Below, piece after piece: positions 57,016 to 64,000 of a DNA stretch of 64,000 nucleotides. Each line of letters begins with the position of its first letter. Position 1 is the stretch's first letter. Below the pieces are notes generated by a model. That model was not told the DNA's origin. It made no database searches and was given only the letters and a program-made list of their open reading frames with translations. Source of the DNA: an uncultured Oligoflexus sp. (GTDB lineage: Bacteria > Bdellovibrionota_B > Oligoflexia > Oligoflexales > Oligoflexaceae); NCBI GenBank assembly GCA_964236955.1, contig CAXSGP010000007.1, positions 19,313 through 83,312 of the forward strand, read 5' to 3'. The position numbers and the translations under genes are program-made.

Positions 57016-59601
57016 GTGGAACCCAACTTGAGCACCAAAAAGCCCGTCGTCAACAAGAAAAGCTCGGCAAGTGCTGCCAAAACCAAGACCCGAAAGAACG
57101 GGAGGGTCAAAACACCCTCGAAGAAGGCCACAAAAAAGGTCGACGTAGCTAAGGCTGGCAAAGGGAGCGCGAAAAAGGCGGCTTCGAACTCTAAGTCAAG
57201 TTCCGGGCCCCTCGCCGGTCTTCCCAAAGCACTCAAATTAAATCAGGTCTTCGCGAACTGTGCCGTGACAGAGTTCGATTTCGAAACGACCAAAGATCTT
57301 CCCAGTTCGCACGAAATCATCGCTCAGGATCGTGCGATTCAGGCGATCAATATGGGTCTGAGCATCCAGCGACCTGGTTACAATATTTATGTCGCTGGAA
57401 TCGAAGGCACCGGCAAGACCAGTGTCATCCGCCAATTTCTCCAGACCTGGTCGGCAAATTCCGAAGCGCCACCCGATTGGATCTATCTCTATAATTTCTC
57501 CGAGCCAGAAAATCCCCGTTGCCTTACCCTTTTGCGTGGCGAAGGCAAAAAATTCAAAAAGAGCATGGAGCATCTTGTAAAATCGCTTCGCTCCGAGATA
57601 CCCGTCGCGCTGCAAAGCGAAGACTATGAGACGGCGGTCAACACCTTCATCTCCTCTGCCAATGACTTTAAATCCAAGCTCTACAGCGATCTGGAAAAAC
57701 TCGCCAAATCCAAGGATTTCGTTATCAAGTCGACCCGTATGGGCATTGAGACGATTCCCGTGCTCGATGGACGATCGCTGACCGAACGCGATTATTCCAA
57801 ACTTGGTGAGACGGACAGGACGAGCATCGAAAACCGCCGTTCCGAGCTTGAGCCTGAGGTTTTGGACTTTGCCCGTAAAGTCCGGGGCATCGACAAGGAC
57901 ACGGCCGAACAGCTTGAAAAACTTCGCGACAGCATCGGTGAGCAGATCGTCTCGGCTCTCATCGCGCCACTGCTCGAGGAATACGGCGAACTTCCCGACA
58001 TCGCCGACTACCTGGAACAGGTTCGCGAGGATGTCAAAGAAAACCTTCTGGAGTTTGTCGAAGAAGAGTCGGCGGGAAGCGAGGAACCAAGCTACCCCGA
58101 AGAAACCAAGGACAAATTCAATAAATACAAGGTCAATGTCTTTGTCGATAATTCGAAGACTGATCGGGCTCCCGTCATCATCGAAGACAATCCCACCTAC
58201 TACAATCTTTTCGGTAAAATCGAAAAGAACGTCGAACACGGGATGTATCTCACTGACTTCACGATGATCAAGGCCGGCTCGATTCATAGGGCCAATGGCG
58301 GTTATCTCGTTCTCAATGCCCTTGATATCTTCCGCACCGGATCGACCTGGGAATCCTTGAAACGCATTCTCCGGGCGCGCAAGGGTTTTATCGAAGACAT
58401 GGGCGAACAGTATTCGCTCCTGCCAACGTCTGGCCTAAGACCGGAACCCATGCCTTTGGATTTGAAAGTCATTCTTATCGGCACCGATGAGATCTATCAT
58501 GTGCTGTTCCAGGAAGACGAAGAGTTCCATAAGATCTTTAAGGTCAAAGCCGACTTCGACTTTAAGATGGAACGGACCCCCATCAATATTCAAAGCTATG
58601 TCTCCTTCATCGCCACCCGGGTGAATCTGGAGAAGCTCGCTCCCTTTGATCGATCCGCAGTTGCCGCTATAGTCGAGCACGGCTCGCGCATGGTGGAAGA
58701 CCAGAATCTTTTGTCGACACGATTTGGCGAAATCAAAGACCTTACGATCGAATCCGACTTCATCGCCAAACAGCAGGGTAACAAAACAGTGACCCGTGAT
58801 GATGTGGAAACAGCTCTGGACATGAAGAGCTATCGTCTCAACCTCCAGGAGGAATACCTGCTCCGTCTGATGAAGCAGGAGGATATCCTGGTCTCAGTTG
58901 ACGGCGAAAGAGTCGGTCAGATCAATGGCTTAGCGGTCTACGATTATGCCGATTATTCCTTCGGCAAGATCAATAGGATCACCTGCACGACGTCACCGAA
59001 TAAGAGCGGCATTCTTAACATCGAAAGAACTGTTCGCCTGTCGGGAAAGATTCACGATAAAGCCGTCATGATCATTGCCGGTTTCTTTAAAGCCATGCTG
59101 CCAAGGGATAAACCCTATTCCTTTACCTCGAGTGTATGCTTCGAGCAAAACTACGGACCCATCGATGGCGATAGCGCGACCCTTGCTGAGGTAATCGCCA
59201 TTGTCAGCTCATTGTCACGCATTCCCATCAAACAAAATCTTTGCATCACAGGTTCCATGAACCAATTCGGCGACGTGCAGACGATAGGTGGCGTGAACGA
59301 GAAGATCGAAGGTTTCTTTAAAATCTGCGACATGATCGGTAAGAGTGACGAATACATTGCGATCATCCCCAAAGCCAATGCCAGCAACCTCATGCTGCAT
59401 CGTCACGCCCGTAAAGCTGTCGAGACGGGACGCTTGAAGATCATTCCCGTCGCCCATATCTCGGAAGCTTTCGAACTTGCTACGGGTCGACCCCTTGGCG
59501 TCACCGACGTCCATGAACCCGTCAAAGCGCCACGAAATAGCGCCGTTGGAGAAATTGTTCATTGGCTCGACACGGTCGATACTGATAAAAAGCGTTTTTG
59601 A
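57016..59601 (+). CDS. Lon-family (LonC/YcbZ-like, AAA_32) serine protease with Lys-rich N-terminal extension
   Basis: QDRA, Walker A GIEGTGKT, HRANGGYL, GQINGL, catalytic DGDSA and GGVNEKIEGFF. Confidence 0.9.
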   Translation: MEPNLSTKKPVVNKKSSASAAKTKTRKNGRVKTPSKKATKKVDVAKAGKGSAKKAASNSKSSSGPLAGLPKALKLNQVFANCAVTEFDFETTKDLPSSHEIIAQDRAIQAINMGLSIQRPGYNIYVAGIEGTGKTSVIRQFLQTWSANSEAPPDWIYLYNFSEPENPRCLTLLRGEGKKFKKSMEHLVKSLRSEIPVALQSEDYETAVNTFISSANDFKSKLYSDLEKLAKSKDFVIKSTRMGIETIPVLDGRSLTERDYSKLGETDRTSIENRRSELEPEVLDFARKVRGIDKDTAEQLEKLRDSIGEQIVSALIAPLLEEYGELPDIADYLEQVREDVKENLLEFVEEESAGSEEPSYPEETKDKFNKYKVNVFVDNSKTDRAPVIIEDNPTYYNLFGKIEKNVEHGMYLTDFTMIKAGSIHRANGGYLVLNALDIFRTGSTWESLKRILRARKGFIEDMGEQYSLLPTSGLRPEPMPLDLKVILIGTDEIYHVLFQEDEEFHKIFKVKADFDFKMERTPINIQSYVSFIATRVNLEKLAPFDRSAVAAIVEHGSRMVEDQNLLSTRFGEIKDLTIESDFIAKQQGNKTVTRDDVETALDMKSYRLNLQEEYLLRLMKQEDILVSVDGERVGQINGLAVYDYADYSFGKINRITCTTSPNKSGILNIERTVRLSGKIHDKAVMIIAGFFKAMLPRDKPYSFTSSVCFEQNYGPIDGDSATLAEVIAIVSSLSRIPIKQNLCITGSMNQFGDVQTIGGVNEKIEGFFKICDMIGKSDEYIAIIPKANASNLMLHRHARKAVETGRLKIIPVAHISEAFELATGRPLGVTDVHEPVKAPRNSAVGEIVHWLDTVDTDKKRF

Positions 59602-60647
59602 TTGAACGGGGGCAATGTCTTTGCCCCCTTTTTAAGGCGCAAGTTATGGATATTCAGCTCCTGAAAGCACGCCAGCTCCTCCAGAACCATATTCATCAAT
59701 TTTTCCAAACCAGAGACTACCTTCAGATCGATGCTCCTCTCGCCGTCATCATGCCGGGGACTGAGGTTTATTTGAACTATTTTGCCACGACCTGGCAGGA
59801 TCATCGCCTGGCTCGGCATGAGCTCTTTCTACGATCAAGTCCGGAGCTTCATCTCAAGCAGGCTTTGAGCTGGGGTATTGATCGCCTCTACCACTTGGGA
59901 AAATGCTTTCGAAACCATGGCGAGATCAGCGCCTGGCATCACCCCGAATTCACCATGCTCGAATACTATGAAACAGGCATCCCACTTTTGGATTTTATGA
60001 AACTCACGGAAGACCTCATCCGCAGTTCGGCTTTGGCCCTGGGCCCGTTGACCAAAATCACGCTTCCCAAAGAATTTCATAAAATCACCCTGTACGAGGC
60101 CTTTGAAAAATGGGCCGGGCTCACTCTTATTGATCTCGACCCGACTCTAGCAGCTAAAGCCATTGCCAAGGGCTATCACTCCGTCCGGCCAGACGATGAT
60201 TTTGAAACGAGTTATTTCAAGATCCTTATCGATGTCATCGAACCTGAACTTTCGCGTCACGAAGCGATTTTTGTTTACGACTACCCCCCTTCCCAGGCCG
60301 CACTTGCCAAAGTCAAAGGCGGCCGCGCCCAACGATTTGAACTTTATCTTCACGGCGTCGAATTATGCAATGCCTTCGATGAGCTGCTGAATCCCGATGA
60401 AAACCTCAGGCGTCTCGAAGCCAGCAACGCCCAGCGCCAATCGATAGGAACTTACCCGCTGCCTCAGGATGAAGATTTTCTTAAAGCCCTTCGCTCGGGA
60501 CTGAAAGACTGCTGCGGCAATGCCCTGGGTTTTGACAGGCTGCTGGCTCTCCTCCTCAACCTGCCTGGAATAGGGGGTTTGATTCCATTTCGATCGAATC
60601 TTCCGTACCGATTGAGTCTGGCGTCAGAGAACCTGGACGAATTCTAA
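59598..60647 (+). CDS. epmA: EF-P lysine aminoacylase
   Basis: PGTEVYL, LRSSPELHLK, KCFRN.E...HHPEFTMLEYY, YDYP..QAALA, RFELY..GVELCNAFDEL, GNALGFDRL; no anticodon-binding domain. Confidence 0.92.
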   Translation: MIERGQCLCPLFKAQVMDIQLLKARQLLQNHIHQFFQTRDYLQIDAPLAVIMPGTEVYLNYFATTWQDHRLARHELFLRSSPELHLKQALSWGIDRLYHLGKCFRNHGEISAWHHPEFTMLEYYETGIPLLDFMKLTEDLIRSSALALGPLTKITLPKEFHKITLYEAFEKWAGLTLIDLDPTLAAKAIAKGYHSVRPDDDFETSYFKILIDVIEPELSRHEAIFVYDYPPSQAALAKVKGGRAQRFELYLHGVELCNAFDELLNPDENLRRLEASNAQRQSIGTYPLPQDEDFLKALRSGLKDCCGNALGFDRLLALLLNLPGIGGLIPFRSNLPYRLSLASENLDEF

Positions 60648-61845
60648 GAAAGATATCGATTTGACTTTTAGAGTGCGTATCCCCTTCCCAACGAAAGAGG
60701 GCGCCCAACAGTGGAATGGCACTCAACCAGGGGATACGGTTTTCCTCCGTGCCTTCGAGCTTGGCCTGCATGCGGCCGATGCGAAGGAGCTGATGAAGGG
60801 GAATCCAGACCTCACTTGAAAATTCACTGGCATCGATCGTCCTAAGCCCTGACTGTGGCTGACTGAGATTCATATGGATCTGTATCCGGGCTAAATCCTG
60901 CTTAAACTCCAGCAGCTTCAGTTCCAGGCGAAAGCCGGAGGTTTTCCATAATATTTCCTCGCTATCTTTTTGGATTGCATGGGTTTGTATCTCCTGGCCA
61001 TCGCGAAGCACCGCTGTTCCGCCAAGACTGAGGCTTAGCTCCGGTTGTGCCACGATTTTCAGTTTGGAATTTTGGGAGAGTTCGGCGACGAAGGCCTGTA
61101 AAGGTTGCTTCGATGGAAGTTCAATACGTTTCCACTGCAAAGGGTTGGAAATATCGCCTGCCCCTTCCCGCTCGGCTATGACCAAGACATCGAGAAGCCA
61201 GAGATCGGGTGACTTCAGCAGGCAATGGATCTGCGGTGTAAGATGATAGGACTCCTGAAGATTACTGAGGGCCTTTTCCAGAGTCTTTTTGTCGCTTTCA
61301 TCGCAGGCACTGTCCACCTGAATCTGACCATCAGCCTGTATGCGAAATGTCAAGGGCCCAAACCACGGCCTTAGCTCCAAGCGCGCCTTGATCAGAGCCT
61401 GAATACTCAGTTCAACCTGCCAGGTGCAGGGCATCTTTTTTTTGCATAGCTGTTTGGCTTCATAAAACCAGTTGATATCCTCTGTCTCACCGGCAATGAT
61501 CTTATGCTCGGAGTCACAGCGCACACCTTCCTTGGCACAAAAAAAGCTTTGCCACTCGCTCCTGAGTAGCCAATCGTTTTGAGGGTCGCGCGGCAGGACT
61601 TCAATCATCCAGCTCTTTTCGCCTTCTGGACTCGATGCTTTGAGGAGGGTAATGCCCGAACGAAGGGCGATGAGCCGGACTTGCCCCTTGCCCGAGGCCT
61701 CGACCTCAAGAATATTTTTGGGGTTGAGTTCAAGACTTGAGCCCGAGGGAATCGAAATGACCGCCGATTTTCCGGCTTCCAGGTAAATCTTTGAGCTTGA
61801 GGCGATTTCGGCCAGGAGCAAAAACTTAAGGATAAATGATGACAT
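60556..61845 (-). CDS. Divergent CpaC/RcpA-like (Tad/Flp pilus) secretin
   Basis: N-terminal 'IYLEAGKSAVISIP...QVRLIALRSGITLL' pilus-formation domain; secretin core 'LKIVAQPELSLSLGGTAVLRDGQEI...WKTSGFRLEL...RIPWLSAIPLLGALF...IDIFLRI'. Confidence 0.7.
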   Translation of the reverse strand: MSSFILKFLLLAEIASSSKIYLEAGKSAVISIPSGSSLELNPKNILEVEASGKGQVRLIALRSGITLLKASSPEGEKSWMIEVLPRDPQNDWLLRSEWQSFFCAKEGVRCDSEHKIIAGETEDINWFYEAKQLCKKKMPCTWQVELSIQALIKARLELRPWFGPLTFRIQADGQIQVDSACDESDKKTLEKALSNLQESYHLTPQIHCLLKSPDLWLLDVLVIAEREGAGDISNPLQWKRIELPSKQPLQAFVAELSQNSKLKIVAQPELSLSLGGTAVLRDGQEIQTHAIQKDSEEILWKTSGFRLELKLLEFKQDLARIQIHMNLSQPQSGLRTIDASEFSSEVWIPLHQLLRIGRMQAKLEGTEENRIPWLSAIPLLGALFRWEGDTHSKSQIDIFLRIRPGSLTPDSIGTEDSIEMESNPLFQAG

Positions 61846-62257
61846 TGTTCTTCTCGCAGTGAGGAAGCGGCGTAGAATTCTTGAGGGCAAGTCGGGTATC
61901 CGATTTTTGCAACGCCGTCAGGGTTTCAGACAAAAGGCGAGATCTGCCGACGAGGACAAAGAGCTTTTTTTCCTCAGCCTGCCAAAGTTTAAGGCTGTCC
62001 GCGAAGAGCAGGCAACGTTTAGCTGCTGATATCACAGTATATTCGCCAGTAGCATGAACGCCACCTTCGACCTTCGTCCTGACCCAGGGCACCAGAATAC
62101 CAGGCGGGACCCGGCCGGCGCTGTTGGGTTCAAAGAGGAGTGTGCCGAGGAGAAAACAAGCAAGGTGAGTGGCGACAGGCGGTAAATTCCAGCATTTCAC
62201 TCGCACTGCAAGCTTTGCAAATCGGCTGCTAAGAGCATTTCGTGTCCAACGATACAT
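61826..62257 (-). CDS. Hypothetical membrane-anchored protein upstream of the secretin
   Basis: GGAGG RBS before ATG 62257; hydrophobic stretch LACFLLGTLLF; overlaps the secretin start. Confidence 0.55.
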   Translation of the reverse strand: MYRWTRNALSSRFAKLAVRVKCWNLPPVATHLACFLLGTLLFEPNSAGRVPPGILVPWVRTKVEGGVHATGEYTVISAAKRCLLFADSLKLWQAEEKKLFVLVGRSRLLSETLTALQKSDTRLALKNSTPLPHCEKNNVIIYP

Positions 62258-62564
62258 AAGGCCTCCGCGGGCTTGTCTTTGTGGTAATAGGCCCCAAAAT
62301 CTATTCTTGGCAAGGGAATGGGCCAGCTCCGGCCGAGTGCCTCGAAGTCCTGGCTCTTGCTTTGTTCCTCAGAGTCGAGCTGAAGGCCGCCTTCTAAGTT
62401 TTGATAGCCGCCAGCCCAGCTTCCTGCAATTTTTTGAAAGAGGCTGTATTGCCAAAACTGAAGGGCCACGGCGGCGAATAGCAAAACGATCCCATCAATC
62501 TCCCCCGCTTCTTTCGCGATAGATCCAGTTCGGATAGAGGCTTGGAAGTTTGGGATTGATTTCA
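62197..62564 (-). CDS. Hypothetical small protein with one hydrophobic helix (pseudopilin-like?)
   Basis: Frame of ORF 62197..62718; plausible GTG start near 62564, then ..KEAG-EIDGIVLLFAAVALQFW. Start uncertain. Confidence 0.35.
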
Positions 62565-62839
62565 CGATAAACCCGAAACGCTGCCGGGTCGCAACCTTCC
62601 GTCGGATTCGATACAAATTCGTCCACTGCAAAAGTCTTTTCCCCCACATAGGCAAAGCGTGCGGAGAGATAGCGAAAGGCGTCGTCCAAATTGCGCCTGT
62701 ACACCTCTTCTCGGGCACATATAACTGTATGATAATCTTCCATAAATCGAGAATCGATGGCGTCCGACAACGCAGCCCACATCAGGCAGTTTTTAATCAT
62801 GAGCAAAAAAATGATAGGGACTATAAAAATTCGCAACAT
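62495..62839 (-). CDS. Hypothetical protein with N-terminal hydrophobic helix
   Basis: AGGAGG RBS; MLRIFIVPIIFLLMIKNCLMWAAL. Confidence 0.6.
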   Translation of the reverse strand: MLRIFIVPIIFLLMIKNCLMWAALSDAIDSRFMEDYHTVICAREEVYRRNLDDAFRYLSARFAYVGEKTFAVDEFVSNPTEGCDPAAFRVYREINPKLPSLYPNWIYRERSGGD

Positions 62840-62938
62840 GGCGGCCTCCTGACTTGGCTTTAATTAGCAGCCCCTGGCGCCTACGGCCACGGACATTTTC
62901 TGTGTTAAAATGGATTGAGAATCTGGGAGGGACTCACC

Positions 62939-63415
62939 ATGCTGACCTTGCTGCGCTTTTCAAGCATCCTGATTGTGATCGTGCTCATGGGCCTGAGCTG
63001 CCGGACCTCGGCCGGGGATAATCAGAACAGTCCAGCGCCCGCTCCGCTTGTTTTCACACCGGTCAGCACCGACCCCATACTAAGAAAATCTATAGGTGGA
63101 CTGACACAAAAGTACCCTGATAATCGTGTCGAGGAATGCCTCATCGTGCGCGGCGATCTTTCCAATCCCGACGAGATTGATAGCGCGATTCACAATCTCA
63201 GCAGGCAGGAATTGGTCGAAGATTTCATTCTTCGGGCGCAGATTCCCAGCATTCAATACTTTGCTTATTGGATGGGCGAACCTTTGTTGCTGTCGGAAAT
63301 AAGTGATGAGAAAATGCGGTTTCGAAGGCCTGAAGGCGAGATCGGCACTAAGTCTCTTGATATTTTGATGAAGATATTCGAAGGGAAATGTGGAGAGAAT
63401 AATTTGCGGCCTTGA
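62939..63415 (+). CDS. Hypothetical lipoprotein
   Basis: GGAGG RBS before ATG 62939; lipobox MGLS-C. Confidence 0.7.
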   Translation: MLTLLRFSSILIVIVLMGLSCRTSAGDNQNSPAPAPLVFTPVSTDPILRKSIGGLTQKYPDNRVEECLIVRGDLSNPDEIDSAIHNLSRQELVEDFILRAQIPSIQYFAYWMGEPLLLSEISDEKMRFRRPEGEIGTKSLDILMKIFEGKCGENNLRP

Positions 63416-63622
63416 TCGGCTTGGTGCCTCACTGGCACTTACCTGGCGGCCGTTCAAGTAAGACGGAACTTATGTGTTGCGCGCTTCGCCTGGCGACGTA
63501 GAAGCTCATCCCGAGAAATACACTGCCTTAGCTAACTCACGCTTGAAAGCACTGCTTGCCTGATCCCCTCGGAAACCTAATCATAACCTCAGCCCAGGTA
63601 GGGGTCGGCCAAGCCGACCTTT
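63414..63622 (+). other. Candidate ~200-nt structured RNA or miniature inverted-repeat element
   Basis: Five nested complementary segments plus a competing terminal hairpin (see findings). Confidence 0.35.
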
Positions 63623-64000
63623 ACCTCCGTATCTAGACGGGTTCCGTAATAAATTTGAAGAACTTAGACCATCGATGACAACTAAAGGCCAAGAGTGGTT
63701 TGTTTGCGATGGACAAAGGAACCGTTTGGGATGCAGCAGTCCCTGCTTCCTTGTTGGCTATTATTCATTCTTTCTTTGGACCACAGGCTTCTGTGGATTA
63801 AGCTCACATGCGCTGTAACGTCCATTGCTTAATAGAGGGCGTATACCGCCCCATACATTTTCCGCCGTCGCCAGTGATTACTTTTTTCTCTCCCCCGAAC
63901 CGTTCAAATCAAAAGCAAACAAAGCGAAGTCATAACACATCTCATTAGTACTAGCCGGCCCTCCATAAACAGGAAAAGTATTAAAATTATAATATTGGCA

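Noticed and set aside
57238..58287. 349-aa minus-strand ORF
   Set aside because: Antisense shadow of the Lon-like protease.
63675..63818. Short ORFs (47 aa and 30 aa) near the window end
   Set aside because: No RBS or recognisable features; cannot be supported.

Overview
A gene-dense chromosomal segment of about 50% GC that looks like core genome. The gene content suggests a Bdellovibrionota/Oligoflexia-like or other deltaproteobacteria-like organism (inference): short flagellin, large TPR proteins, a STAS/Zn-ribbon protein beside cheA, a Tad-type secretin and many lipoproteins. Recognisable housekeeping genes are ycgN (partial), arfB, serA, greB, a msrB-msrA fusion, fliC, folE, pabB, hbd, an enoyl-CoA hydratase, mutY, two M17 aminopeptidases, eno, cheA, cheW, a LysR regulator, serB, tlyA, rlmN, a LonC-type protease and epmA. 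I saw no CRISPR array, tRNA, rRNA, transposase, integrase or phage gene. The best leads are: (1) an atypical chemosensory operon (STAS/Zn-ribbon, CheA, CheW, exported TPR) whose CheA appears to lack P2 and instead carries two N-terminal FliM-like 'LSxEEAxALL' peptides; (2) several apparently phospho-dead signalling proteins, some behind sigma28-like promoters; (3) an unannotated 34-aa ultra-basic ORF resembling small ribosome-associated proteins; (4) strongly base-paired candidate RNAs in the eno leader and at 63.4-63.6 kb; (5) a divergent module of a giant TPR protein, a winged-helix-HEAT protein and a DUF4301-like protein. All family assignments come from motif recognition by eye; no searches were run.
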